NCBI GenBank assembly: GCA_002104945.1
Contig: MCFH01000010.1
Location: 744,001-808,000, forward strand
Length of the DNA stretch: 64,000 nucleotides
From: Piromyces finnis finn
Taxonomy: Eukaryota; Fungi; Neocallimastigomycota
Direction of reading: 5' to 3'
In this document: positions 31,881-46,589 of the stretch, piece by piece
Position numbering within the stretch: position 1 is the stretch's first letter
Layout of the letters: each line of letters begins with the position of its first letter
The notes under the pieces: generated by a model
What the model was told of the DNA's origin: nothing
What the model saw: the letters and a program-made list of their open reading frames with translations, nothing else
Databases searched by the model: none
Position numbers and translations under genes: made by a program

Positions 31881-32636
31881 ATGAGCGTATCTCTTGGTGA
31901 TTTAACTCCAAATAATATTAAGCAATTAAAAGTTTTAAATTCTGTTATATTTCCAGAAAAAAAATTTGAAGAATCTTATTATAAAGATTGTCTTGAAAAA
32001 TTAGAATGGTCTCAATTAGGTATAAAAAGATAGCAAAATAAATTTAATTTTGTTACTTTCAATTTTTATAAATCATAATAAAATCATTTTTATTCATACA
32101 TTAAAATTCTCATATATTCTAAAATAATTAAATCACTCGTAAAAATAAACAATATTATAAGGTTTCTTTAATGATGTTAATGTTGGTGGCATTAGTTACA
32201 TTGAAGAAGAAATTCCAGAAAATAAAGATCAATTACGTGTAAACATTAAGACCTTAGGTGTTCTTCCAGCATATCGTAGACTTGGTGTTGGTAAAATTCT
32301 TTATATGTTTAAATATTTTTAGTATTATTATTTATTAATTATATATATTGATAATACTGTTATAATATTCAGACTAAATTTTTTCTATATTTATACATGA
32401 TGTTATTTAAAATAACTTTAAATATTTCTTTAACATAAAATAAATAATATCAAATGTTAATAGCTTCAGAATTATTAAAGTATGTTTTTGATAATTGTAA
32501 AGAAAATGAAAAAATTAAAGAAATTTATGTACAAATTCAACAAAGTAATGAAAGTGCTATAAATTTATTCAAGAAGAATAATTTCGAGGTTAAGGAAAAA
32601 GATCAAGATGCTATTATTTTAATAAAAAATTTATAA
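31881..32636 (+). CDS. NAA50: Naa50/San-like GNAT protein, 146 aa, 3 exons (31881-32019, 32162-32290, 32464-32636); catalytic residues substituted
   Basis: Translation MSVSLGDLTPNNIKQLKVLNSVIFP...FFNDVNVGG...TLGVLPAYRRLGVA...IYVQIQQSNESAINLFKKNNF...DAIILIKNL aligns end to end with Naa50 as recalled (LGDVTPHNIKQLKRLNQVIFP, TLGCLAPYRRLGIG, SNESAI). Confidence 0.88.
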
Positions 32637-32803
32637 AATGAATAATTTTTATGATTATCAATAGGACAATACTGAACATTATATACATATATTCAAAAAT
32701 AAGTTTATGAATTTAAAAAGAGAGAAACAAAAATCATTTTAAATATCCTTTGAATATACCAATACTAACATATATATATGTTATTGTTATTAATAATAAA
32801 AAT

Positions 32804-32836
<33 letters not shown>

Positions 32837-33189
32837 TTTTTATTCTCTCATTAAAAGTTTAAATAATTATCAAAAATTAAAACTTTAAGATAAAATATTT
32901 TTTAATAATGAAATGTATTTAATAAATATATCAAAGTTTCTAAATTATTAATAAAAATTACACATAAAATATAAAATACCTAAATAATTCTATTATTCTT
33001 TTTATATTTAACACTTTATTTAGTAATAATATTTATTATTAGTATTTTTTTTTTTTTTTTTTTTTTTTGCTATTGATATTTTAAATAATATATTTTTAAG
33101 GATACTAGTGATTAATACAAGAACATATTATTTATATTTAACATTAATTTGCTTATTAAAATTTTTACAAGTTTTGTTAAATGAAATTA

Positions 33190-36166
33190 TTATTTTAAAT
33201 GTGTACTGAAGATTTCAAAAACTTCATCATTATAAGCATTGTACCAATTGGCTTTTTCCAAAAAGGCATTTATATTCTTTTTTTCATCAGATAATTCAAC
33301 GGCTGTTTCTTTTTCTTTTCTATGATCATTCTTTATTTTATTCATATTGTAATTGTTAACATTTAATATGTGAGTAATATAATCAAAAGCAATAAATGAC
33401 TTGACTTGATTACATAATAAAATCAATAAACATCTATAAATTATAATTATTAATAAACAAATGAAATAAAACAATAAATAAATAAAAATTAATGTATTTA
33501 TTTTAGAATAAATAATAATAGTTGCTATTATTATATTTACCCAGACCATTGAAGACCATCACCATATAATTCTCTGTAAAAAATATTTTATTTTATTAAT
33601 ATTTTTCCTATTTACATTAAAATTTAAAATAAACAGTAATTATTAATTACCTATTATTTAATCCTTTAGGACTTGTTACACATAAAGTAAATTGAATAGC
33701 ACTCCAGACTTTGAAAAACACATTAATTTCATTTCCGTTTTTTTCCCATTCCAATTGTAATTTTTCAACTGTACCTTGAATTTTTTTAATAAAATAGCTT
33801 AAAAGTAAATCATTAGAATTACAATTGATCTTGGTAAGATATTCAAATCTATCAAGTAAATCTTTGTAATTCTATTACGTACATATATAATATTATATAA
33901 AAAAAGTGAATTTAATAATATATATTTTGAATTAGAATTCTTATGAAATTGTTAAAATGATATACATACTGTTTGGAATTTTTTTGATTCTAATATTTCA
34001 TCAGCCATAGATAATTTAGATGAAAGAGTAAATGTTTTATTTTCTATTATATTTGTTAAAGAATTAAATTAAGAAGATTAGTTAATATAAACGATTAATT
34101 AGATATTCATATATAATATTTTAATATATACATACCATTATCCCAAATATTTTTAGTAAGAATCTTTGTTTTACATGATTCGTTTATCTAAATCAATAAT
34201 AATTATAAATGATTTTTAATACATGCATTGGTTTTTAAAGTATAATTATTATATATTCTATAATAATTACTATTGCTTTTTCAAGAAGAAAAACAAAAAT
34301 GAAAACATTTCCAAATGAAGCAAAAGACTTATAAACACCATCTAAATCTGGATAATTAATTAAATTAATGAAATTGTGATAGAAATATTCATAGGCACCT
34401 GTTTATGTTTCATGTTTTTTTTTTCCCAATAGTATATATATAATAAATTTTTATAAGTATTATTTCCATAAAATAACTTATTGATTCATAACACTTAATT
34501 CTATATTTACCATCAACACCATATTGATACATTGGCAATTTAATAGCTGGAAAACCTTTTTGGATAACTGAAATATATTGAGTAATGTATTCTTCTAACT
34601 AAATCATTATATATTATAATTATGAGATAATGAGATTAATATGATTAATAAACTATTTTATTTATGGTTAATAGTATAAAAAATTATATTGTATTATATT
34701 TTTTTTAAAAATTACTAAAGCTCGTTCATAACATTCTAATTCGCATATTAAAGTTGCAAGAGACTCGCGTTTTAAAACTCTTAGTAATGAACGGAAATGC
34801 TGAATACCAAAGAAATTCTTATAAATATTGTTAATTGAATTCATAGTAGTATATAATGATTTACTACCATAGAGGAATGAAGTATTGATTTTACGGTTTG
34901 CTCTTTGGAATTCCATATAATTTTGAGATCTGATAAATCTTTTTTTTATTTATAATTAATTGAATAGGCATATTGAATTATTCTTTATTAAAATAAAAAT
35001 ATCATATAAAATTTGAAAAAAAAAATTATTTTTTTGTTTACCTTTCAGTAGATGAATTATAACACCAGTTTTCCAAGAAATTGTTATATAATTCAGCAAT
35101 AATATGTGAAACAATTCTACCATTAAAGTTAACCATTGAAAATGACTCATCTACTTGCATTAATAAAGATTCAAATGGCTCTAATGTTAAGTATTTGCTC
35201 ATTAAATCATGTGCCATTTTGGAACTTTGAAGCATTAAATCTAAATCCTTTTTTTTTTAAATATTTAATGTAAATAATTCAATAATAAACGAATATATTT
35301 ATTAATATTTAATCGTTAACTACTAAGACTTTTATATAATATAAAAAAGAAAATTATTATACAATAACACCAGTTAAATCGCTTTGTTCAAATTTAGTTA
35401 TTATATTTTCAAGAGAACTTTTCATAAACATAGTAACATTTTCTGAAATAATCTTTGAAATGTTAATATTTCTTCCTAATAACTTTTTATCATAATATAC
35501 ATAATTATAAATTTATTAATCGTCTTTTCTACTATACTACATTTATGATAAAATATATTATTAATTATATACCATGAAACTTTTTTGTTTTAAAATAGAA
35601 TCATAATGATCAAGAGGTAAATATTCTTTTTGGAAATGACCAGTTTTATTTGTTTTATTTAATAATTCGGCACCCATTAATGCACTTTCAGAAATAATAT
35701 AAAATATTAATTAATATTTATTTAAAAATACTAGTTTTTTATATATAAAATATTATGTAATACATACGTTGTTCCATGAATCTTAAAATGATTAAAGATT
35801 TTTTTACTAAGGGAAATTGTAAAATGATGAAGACATACTTCGCACTATATTATATTTAGTGTTTATTAAAATATAAATTATCATATTTTGTATTATAAAT
35901 TGCTTTTGTAATATATATTTATACCTCTGCTTCAATTTCATCATATAAATATTTAGAATGTAAATTATGCAATATATATTGAGCTGCATCATTATAAATA
36001 TCTAATGGATATAAAATATATCTTATAATAAATATTAATAAAAATAAGTAATAGATTATTTAAATATAATTTTAAGTTCAGTTATATTTACTCGATTAAA
36101 TTGTAAGAATCAGAATTTAATATTTGTGAAATTAAAATCATTGGTAATGATGTTTCAATTGGGAAC

Positions 36167-36211
<45 letters not shown>

Positions 36212-39200
36212 TATTATTATTATTGCTTTAAATAAATAATTATACATATATACAAATTGATAAGATTATTTGTACATACATGATTCTTTTTGCTTAAATC
36301 AAGGAAGAATTCCTTATACCATAAGCTTGTTAAGTTTACACATTCATTAATGGTTTCTTTCATTATGATAGATAGTTATAAATTAACGATAATATATATT
36401 AAAATCAATTTTTTTGAAAAATAAATTGTCATTTTTAAAATATCTTTTTACGATATACCATTCATATTTAACATATAATTAAAATAAAAAAGTTTATTCA
36501 TAAATTGAATAACATCAGGAAAATCCTTCTTTTTGAAATTATTTTTGGATTTATTTTTTTCAATGAATGATAAATCTAATAAATATTTAACTAAGAATAT
36601 CTATTATTATAAAATTTTTTAAATGATATTTTTAGTTTTGTTAGTTCAGATATTATTAATTAAAAAATTCAAGAAAAATTTAAAATAATGAACATTGAAA
36701 AATAATATATTATATATTTAAATATTTACTTGAGTCTTAGTTAAACCAACATCTCTCTTTGGAATATCACTATCACTCTTTTGCTTATCACTTGAAATAA
36801 TACTTGAATCTTCAATAATTTCAAGAATTTGACTGTAAATACTGTTTATTGTTAAAATAAAATATAAGAAATTAATGTATAAATATAATTAATTATAATT
36901 AAAGCTTTCTTTTTTTTAAAAATGTTTTTCATTTTCAATTTTTAATTAAATACCTAGATACAGGTTTCTTCTTTTTAATAGCAATATCAACACATTTTTG
37001 TACAGATAACTTAGAAAATTGTTGAACTTCAACATAAATATAATTATTAATTGCAGTTGGTTGGAAACTAATATATTTTCTTAATAATGCACTAAGTGTT
37101 TTAATCATACAAATATACTTTTTAATTTATTTATATTTGTTTATGTTATTATATATTATAATAAAACAATTATTATATTATTAGAAACGAAATAAAATAT
37201 TATCTAAATGTATATAAATATATATATTTTTCATTTACTTCAATAATGGCATTTTTATCAATATTAGAAAGGTTATCTTTTAATGCCTATATTTTATATT
37301 AATATTAATATATGTAATAAATTTACAAGTATTTATATTTACATATTTTATTAAATATATATAATACCAATTCATAGTAGGTAACATTTTCTTCTTCTGA
37401 AGTATTATTATTATCTACGGAATTTGGATTAACATCTTTTCGATTTACAAGTTTCCATGCGATCTATTTGTATTAAATAAATATTTTTATATTTTTAATA
37501 TTTATATATATTATTTCTATATGAATTTATCATTTTATCTAATAATGTCTTTCATACTTGATCTTCTAATTGACATGATATCTTTGATAATAATTGTAAA
37601 CCTTTTAAAGATATATTATATATTTGCTTATTTTCTTCAAATAGGAAGCTTGTTTTTTTAGTTAAACCAATTCTCATCTACGTACAGAATTATTTTAAAT
37701 TAAATTTTACTTTAATAAATTACTAATAAATGTAACGATAAATAAAATTCATATACCTTTTCCATAATTAATCCATATTCGCAAATAAAGTTATTATATT
37801 CATTCCTGGTTTGTTCAATAAAATTACATATATTATATTGTCTTGAAGACATATCTATATCTATATCACAATATTTTTTCATATCAATATGTGGAGCCAT
37901 TGAATTAACATTTGAATAAAAGGTATGAAAATCAATCTGTAAATCGCCAAAAGCAGGAATTATTGGATACATCTACCATTATGAATTAAATATGAGGATT
38001 AAAAATTAATTTAATATATTATACTAAATATTGAAGTATTATCATAATTATATATTTAATTTAATTTTCTTCGCACTTTAAAGAATTTAGTAAATCTCTC
38101 AATTTTGATTTTTTTCTTCATAATAGATCTAGAATCATCTTTATTATCTAAAATGAATAAACCAACAGCCATAGCCTAAAATATTTATACATTTATAATA
38201 GATTTTGAAAAAAATTATATAATTAAATAGGTGTTATAAGTAAATATTATAATAAGTAATGAACATTTAAAAATAAATTCCATGAAATATTTTTTAATAC
38301 TTTTAAGAGTGTGTTTCTTTCTTTTGGCAATAACCATTGATTATTTTCGAAGGTATCACAATAGAAATTCATAATTTCAATAAAAATCTCTTCTAATCTA
38401 CTATTATTTTGGAAAATTCTTCTAATTTCTTGTATAAATTGATAATGCTCAGCTAAAAAGTAGTATAGTTTTTGATTAATATCATTAATAGTATCTTTGT
38501 CAATCGAAACAAGATATTCCTTTGGTAAATTAGAAAATGCCCTTTTTTTATTTATTTATATAATTATAATTATTTTATATTATATATATGTTATAAAATT
38601 TATATTATAAATTTTGAAATTACTAATTATTAATTACCTTCTATACATTGAAAAATCGTTGTTTAATGATGCTTTTGACATTTTTACTGAATCAACAGTC
38701 ATAGCCATATCTAAAAATTCTGCTAATGTCATACAGAAATAAGAGGAAACACTAGTAACATTAATATCAACATCAAGCATAATATTATTCATAATTCCAC
38801 TCAATTCTTTTGAGGTATTAGTATAGAATTGATATAATTGTTTAACTTTTTCAATTTCTGTTCCTAAAACTTCAAAAGTCTTTAAATGGAGTTGACTCTT
38901 ATTTTCTTGATCATTAACTTTAACCTGAATTATAATAATACAATAATTATAATTATTATGCATTTAATAATTTTTATAATTTTTTTTATCTTTTTTTTTT
39001 TGACTATTTAAATTTTCCATACTTGAGGAATAATACGAGAACATGAACGGTATGTGTACAATATATTTAAAATATCATTACCTTGATTAATTAATTCACT
39101 CTAAAAATTCAACAAAAAATTACACAAAAGTAAATATATAATAATAACATCATTATTATTTTTAATTTATACAGTTATTAATTACATACTAAGCCTTTAA

Positions 39201-39795
39201 TACATTTAATTTCGGTTTTCAACTGAACCATATTATCATCAACAACATATTGACATGAATTTTCTAAATTTGAAAAATCAACTTTTTCAACCTTTTCATA
39301 TTTATAAAGTTCTTGTTGTGTTTGAATAGCTGGTTCTTCTGAAAATGGAACAACCATTTCTAGTTGATTCTATTATTACAATATCATATCAATTAATAAT
39401 ATAATAATAATAAATAAATTTTTAGATATATCCAATTCATTATATTTTATTTTTTGCGATATATGTTTTAATTTAATATTTTGATTATTGCCAATAAAAT
39501 AATATATATTGTTTAATTATTTATTATTAATTAATATTGTAGAAAAATGAAAAAGTCATTTATCAATAATAAAAAGATTTGAATTATATATTATATACAT
39601 GTATATATAATGATTCGAAGGAAAAAGAGTTAATGTAAATTTAAAATGAATTAGTTATTAATTAGTTATTAATTATTGTTTAATTGATATATTAATGGTT
39701 TAATTATTTTATTAGCATTTTCAATACCGAAAAAATTACTATATTATAATATATGAATATAAAATTACCAAATATTGTTTAAATTCGGTACCCAT
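33190..39795 (-). CDS. CYFIP: CYFIP/Sra1/PIR121, WAVE regulatory complex subunit, many exons
   Basis: Exons give [111 protein letters not shown] and [11 protein letters not shown] followed by CLLILLCNQ, collinear with CYFIP. The 27-nt first exon (39795-39769) is inferred. Confidence 0.9.
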
Positions 39796-40738
39796 TTTTT
39801 ATTTATCTCGATAAATAGATTGTATAAAGGGTTCAATAAGATATATTTTAATTATGGATACAATTATATTGAATAAAAAATATGAAGGATAATCTATAAC
39901 CTTTTCTAAATAATAGTTTTTATATAGTAATACAGAAAAATATATAATATTGTAATTGAAGAATACGAAAATATATACAAAATATGCAAAATATGAATAT
40001 AAATAATAATAATAATAATAATAATAATAATTATAAAGAAATAAAAATAAAAAATAAGAATAAAAAATAAAAATGAAAATAAAAATGAATAAACTATAAA
40101 CTATCAAAATTTAAAATTTTTTTAAAATACTATACATTAAAATTTAAAGTATTTATTTAAGAAAAAATAAAAATTTTAATATGAACTTTAATTAATACTA
40201 AATATAATATTTTTAGTATTAATTAAAAATATTATAAAAAAAAAACATAAAATTTACTTTTCTGCTATAATAATTATTTATAAATAATATTCAAAATAAA
40301 AAAATGGTAAAATATAACGATTTTTAACTAATCTTTGTGACTTTCCAACCGTTCTTTATAAAAGTTATTTATCATCAATATATTTTACAACAAAATGTTT
40401 TTTAACTACTTCTTTTATATAAATATGAAAACTAGGCTATTTTAATATATATAGTAATATATTAATAGAATATATATTTTTTATTTTTATATTTCCATAA
40501 AATATCATATATTAAAATTTAAATATTTAAAAATTTTCATATTTTTTTTTAAATCTTTAAAATAAATACATTTATATTAATACATTATTAGAAAATAGAT
40601 GAATGTAGTTAGATTATTGGTGATTTAAAGAATGTATAGGATTGACGAAAATGATCAAAATAATTTAAAAAAAAAAAAAAAAAATTTTTTTTTCTACACC
40701 TATAATATTTATTACATAAATTCATATTTATTGCGAAG

Positions 40739-42315
40739 ATGAGTAAGGCTATTCTTGAATGCAGCTGCCCAGACTTAAAGCTTATTAGCAGAGGTAAAGT
40801 TCGTGAATTATACGATATTGATGAAGAATCTCTTTTATTTGTTGCTACTGATAGATTAAGTGCCTATGATGTCATTATGAAGAATGTAAGGAAATTAAAC
40901 ATTTAATATAAAATAAAAAAAGATAAAACAAAAAAGGATATAATATTTTATATAAATTAGTTAAAATAGAAAATTTATAAAATTAGAAATAAATAAAATA
41001 TTATATGTTAATAGTTAAAAACTTATAATGTCTTTTTTTTTCAATAGAAAAACAATTTATTAATTAAAAGTTTAAGATAGTATATATAATTTATTTTCTT
41101 AATTTTCTTTCTATATATGAAAATAAGAAAAAAGTATTAATATCTATAAATTTAATAAAATTATAGGGTATTCCAGGTAAAGGTAAAATCTTAACTCAAA
41201 TGAGTGTCTTCTGGTTCAACTTATTAAAGGATGTTATGAAAACTCATCTTATCACTGCTAACATTGATGAAATGCCAGAATCTGTTCAAAAATACAGAGA
41301 CCAATTAGAAGGTCGTTCCATGCTTGTCAAGAAGCTCTCTATCTTACCAATTGAAGCTATTGTCCGTGGTTACATTACTGGTGAATATTAATAATATTTT
41401 TTTAATAATATTAAATATAATAAAGTAATTTAATATTAATTTTTTATAATTATATATTTTTATATGAATAATTAAAAAGGTTCTGGTTGGGCTGAATACA
41501 AGCGCAGCGGTACCGTTTGTGATATTCCATTACCAAAGGAATTAAAGGAATCTCAAAAGCTCCAAGAACCACTCTTCACTCCAAGTACTAAGGCTGAATA
41601 CGGTGAACATGGTAAAGTATCTATATAATTAATTTATAATACAATTATTTAAATTATTTTGTGAAAGAGTTGAACATTAATTAATATTAATTTCGTTTTT
41701 AATAGATGAAAACATTCACCCAAGCAAGGTTGCTGGTATTATTGGTGAAAAGTACGCTAAGGAAATGGAAGAAGCCGCCTTAAAGGTTTACAAGGCTGTA
41801 AGTGTTTAATAAAAATAATAAATATTAATTTTTTTTATTAATTTAAATGTTAATAATTTTATTTATTTTATAAAATAATAATAGGCCCGTAACCATGCTG
41901 AAAAGAAGGGTATCATTATTGCTGATACTAAATTTGAATTCGGTACCAACAAGGATGGTGAAATTGTTTTAGCTGATGAAGTTCTTACCCCAGATTCTTC
42001 TCGTTTCTGGCCAGCTGACAGTTACGAAGTTGGCAGAGGTCAAGACAGGTAATTATTTTAGAAAAATATTTTTATCCTTCCTTTTTAAAAAATATTATTT
42101 ATCAAAATTAAATGAGATTGTTATTAAATATTTAATTTAATATTATATATTAAATAATAATTAGTTACGATAAGCAATATGTTCGTGATTACTTAACCAG
42201 CATTAACTTCGATAAGAAGACTCCAATTGAATTACCACAAGACATTATTGACAAGACTGTCAACAAGTACGTCGAAGCTTACACTCGTTTAACTGGTGAA
42301 GCTCCAAAGTTATAA
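40739..42315 (+). CDS. ADE1: SAICAR synthetase (monofunctional fungal Ade1), 6 exons
   Basis: [103 protein letters not shown]. Stop at 42313-42315. Confidence 0.97.
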
Positions 42316-42887
42316 ATGAATTAAGATATAAATTAAGTGTTCAATTAATTTATATATAAAATATTCATTTAGGAATAAAAAAAAAGCTTATTTATTAAAA
42401 ATAATAAATGTTTTTTTAATAATTGAATAAAAAATGAAACATAAATATACCAAAATGAAATAATTCTGTTAAAAAAAAAAGTATATTTAAAAAATTTCAA
42501 CGAAATAATAAGCAAAGTTAATAATAATCTAGAATATCATAAATATAATAATAAAAATAAAAATAATATTATAATAAAAATCTTTTAACTCAAAAAAAAA
42601 TTTTTTTTCCTTTAAATTTATTTATTTAATTATCTTTAAAAAAAAAAAATAATAATGATAATAATTAAAACGGAATAAATTCTTTTGTGTTTTTAAATAT
42701 AATGTATACCTTAACATTGATAGTATAAAGAATTAACAGTGATTTTTATTGATAAACTTTCTATAATAGATATTTTAATGTACAAATTCTAATAATATTA
42801 AATTAATTAAATTTCTATAAAATTTACTAAGAAAAAAAAAAAAAAAAAATTAAAATAGAAATAAATATTTTAATATTAAAAAATAAT

Positions 42888-45610
42888 CTATGGATTTAAT
42901 TTATAATAAAGTTCTCTTATTCTTTGGCGATTCAATTCTTGTTCTTTTTGAATCCAAATTATAGAACCTAAAAATGATTTACATTGTCGTATATATGGTT
43001 CAATAAAATGAAAAGTAGTATCTTCCTCATTATCATCATTAAAACGTTTATGTTTTGATGAATTATTATTTTTTTTTCGTTTATAACGTTGACGTTCTTG
43101 TTCTAATTCATCCTTATAACCAGGTTGTATTCTAGAAAATTGAGCACACATTTTACCAGTTATAGTAGCAAATGCTTGATCGAAAGCTTGCATAATTTTT
43201 GGAACAGCAAATGAATTTTTACTTACATCATTTTCTGTAGAAATACAATTCAATAAAATTATTATGTTATTTTTAATATTAAAAAATATGTTTAATATAT
43301 ATAATATATATTTTACCTTTATCTTCTGGATCTTCGATTGATAATAAACGTGGTCTATTATAATTAAATCTATCTCTATCCTCCTATTGTTTGATATATA
43401 AAATTAAAATTAATATTTGCATTATATAAAAAGCTATTATTTTTTTTTTTTTTTTTACAATTTTATTAAAATTATTAATGTATAAAATAATTTTTTTATA
43501 TAATTACCTTTCTATAATAATAAGCACCTTTTTTCAAACTAATTCCTAAGCCAACTTCTTCAATATTAAAAACTCTACCAAATAATTCTAGAAATTCTAA
43601 AAGTAAAACACCTAAATTTTCTTGAGGTAATACTAATTTATTTTGAACACATGGATGCATCTATTAATACCAATATCACAAATATTAATTATTAGTATTA
43701 ACTAACAATATAAAGAATAAAAAGAATAAAGCAAATAGTTTTTAATATTTATATATGTATTTCATTACCATAACGAAATTGGTAACTAAAATAAATACTG
43801 AATAACTTCCTAAACCACCAGAATATACTTCATTCATATATCTTTGAGCTAAAAATTGTTTTATTACTAGTACTAATGCAACAATTGCTTGTTTATAGCC
43901 AGAATTTTCAAGGAATTTCTCCATAATTTTTGCTGATTTTAATCCACTTTCGGTGTTAGCACTAATATCAAAGTGATATCCAGTTTCTTTTTCAACTAGT
44001 TTAATGATTGGAATCTTTATATATTATAAAATTTCAATTTTATATATATAATTATTTATAATTTTATATTTTTGTTTGTGTAGATATATTTAATATTTTA
44101 AATTGAAGTGAAAAAAAAAATATATATATATATATTTATTATTCGTATTTCATATTGAAGAAAAAAATTAAAGATAAATAATTTGTTAATTAAGGAAAAT
44201 AACTTTAATTTATAAAACTATTATTATTATTATTTATAATAACTAAAACATACTCTTGCTTTATCAATAACTTCAATTTTTGAAGTAACACCAGCTTCTT
44301 CTAAGGCTTCTTCTAAATCAAAAAAACATGAAGGAACAAATAAATCTTCATTCATTATAACTATATCAACATCACTATTAATAATAAAAATCATATTAAA
44401 ATATTAATGTTTACATTTAATTAACAAATAAATGAAACAAAAACAAATATAAAGTATAAAAGGTATATAATAGGATTTATTATAAATTACCTAGTAGGTA
44501 AATAAAGATTTGTTTTATAACTTCCAAAAGTTTTTACTATAGTATTTGGCCATAATTTTAAAATAACATCTGAAATTTTATTCAATGCATATTCTCTCAT
44601 ATATTTTTCCTCGGGTGTTGGAGAGATATATTTAACAAAATCTAAAATTTCTTCATGCAACCTAATTTAACGTTAAGAAATAATTATAGAGTATAATTAA
44701 TGGTGTTAAAATTGATTTTATATATATAATTGAATTTCATTTGTATTTTTTAAAATTGAAATTTCATTAATAATAAAAAGTTTATAAATTTATTTAGCAA
44801 AATGTTGAAATTATTTAATTTTTTTTTCATTTTTAAAATATAAATAAAATTAAAAGCTTAAACCTACATTTGAGGGCCAAATTCAGAGTATTTTTTACCC
44901 TCTTGTATCCAAGGAGGTACTGATATTGGCGTTAAAATGTCTCGTGAATGTATTTCATAATTTCTTTTTCTCTTTCTTCTATTATCTTCTTCCTCTTCTT
45001 TTTCACTTTTTTCTTCTTCTTCATTATCAGAAGATTCAAAACCAATATAATTTTCTTCTTCATGTTCTTCTTCTTTTTCTTCTGTTGATTTTTCATTATT
45101 ATTAGAAGAAACACTAATGATTTCATTTTCATCATTTATTGTATTCGAATTACTTTCATTATTTTCAATAATATAACTGTCATTATCACTAATAACAATT
45201 TCAATATTTGAATTATTATCATTTTTCATACTATTTTCAACTGGAGTACTAGCATTAGTATTGGAAGTTGCTGATATTGGAGATATTTTTACATCACTAT
45301 CATTATCACTATCGTCAATTTTAATTACTTTTGAATTTTGTGATTTCTTTTTTGAAATTGGTTTAGTTTCAGTTTTTGGATAGGAAAATGAAAATCTTTT
45401 TGGCTTCTTTATTTTTTCATCTTCATGTACAATTGTAATGCTATTATCATTATCAGAATCTGAACTATCAATGGTAATTAATTTTTCCTGTTCCTTTTTT
45501 TTATTACTTGAAGAGGTTTTGCTATCCTTTGACAATTTTTTGTTTTTACTCTTCCTTGAAGGTACTAAAGAAGAAATTCTCTGTTTCAAAGTTTCTTGTG
45601 AAATCTTCAT
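42888..45610 (-). CDS. TRF4: Non-canonical poly(A) polymerase Trf4/5 (PAPD5-like, TRAMP)
   Basis: LHEEILDFVKYISPTPEE, FGSYKTNLYLPTS/DVDIV (GS..DxD), IDKARVPIIKLVEKETGYHFDISAN, FLAQRYMNEVYSGGLGSYS, NLGVLLLEFLELFGR, IEDPED...NDVSKNSF. The N-terminal exon is K/S/E/N-rich low complexity. Confidence 0.93.
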
Positions 45611-45826
45611 TCCTTATATGAATTTAAATATATACTATACTATTATTGTTATTATCCTTATTTAGTAATTGCGAAAATAGTTATTGAAAACCAAAATTAA
45701 ATTTTTTTTTTTTTTTTTTTTAAATTTAGAAATTTAATTTTTATGATGTTTTTCAAATTTTTTCATTACAGAATTTTTTTTTTTTTTAAAATTAGCAGTA
45801 ATAAAAATTTTTAAAAAGTGTGTGTG

Positions 45827-45834
45827 CACGTGAT
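45827..45834 (-). promoter_or_regulatory. Candidate bHLH E-box (ATCACGTG, Cbf1-type RTCACGTG)
   Basis: GC-rich motif GTGTGTGCACGTGAT stands out in the AT-rich divergent promoter between TRF4 and DPM3. It is a single site with no functional data. Confidence 0.35.
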
Positions 45835-46236
45835 ATGTATAGATCTATAAAAATTTTATTTCTTCAAATAAAAATACAACTATAATAATATTAAATAATT
45901 GATTTTATAAATAAATTCAATAATAGTTCTTTTAAGTCAGTCAAATTTATAATAAAGAAGAAATTACTTAATTATAGGTTTATCATTACAGTAAATCATC
46001 TTCTTAAAATGCCACAATATTATAAAACTTTAAAAAAAATAATTATTGACTTTTGTTAATTTTTTATTATTAAATTTCATACATTAATAAGAAGAAATGA
46101 TTGGACTATTACCTATACAAATCTATTATGATATTAAAAATTCAATGTTTATGTATACAAGAACAATATTAAAAATATGATCTATTAAAAATAATAAATA
46201 AAAAATAAAGAAAAAGATTTAAAATATTAGTTTTTA

Positions 46237-46274
<38 letters not shown>

Positions 46275-46589
46275 AATAAAATAAAATTTAAATTTATTTT
46301 TTATATTCATAAAAATATATAAAAAGAAAGGTAATAAAAAATGGTTTATACAAAAAACATTCAATATCAATTACATATAACAAAATTTCATTTAATGAAA
46401 TTAATATATGGTTAAAATAATTAACTAAATTTATATTTTATTCTTAATAAATAATCTTTTATCAATTTTTAATATTTTGGATAACGAAATAAAATTATCT
46501 ATTAAAATAAAAAACACATATTTTTAAATGTTCTATAAACATAATTATTTATTTTAAAATAACTATAAAAACATAACATACAATTAAAG

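Noticed and set aside
40739-42315. ADE1 as a possible horizontally acquired gene (higher GC, distinct codon usage)
   Set aside because: It has five canonical introns and fungal-type Ade1 motifs. The codon bias is consistent with high expression.
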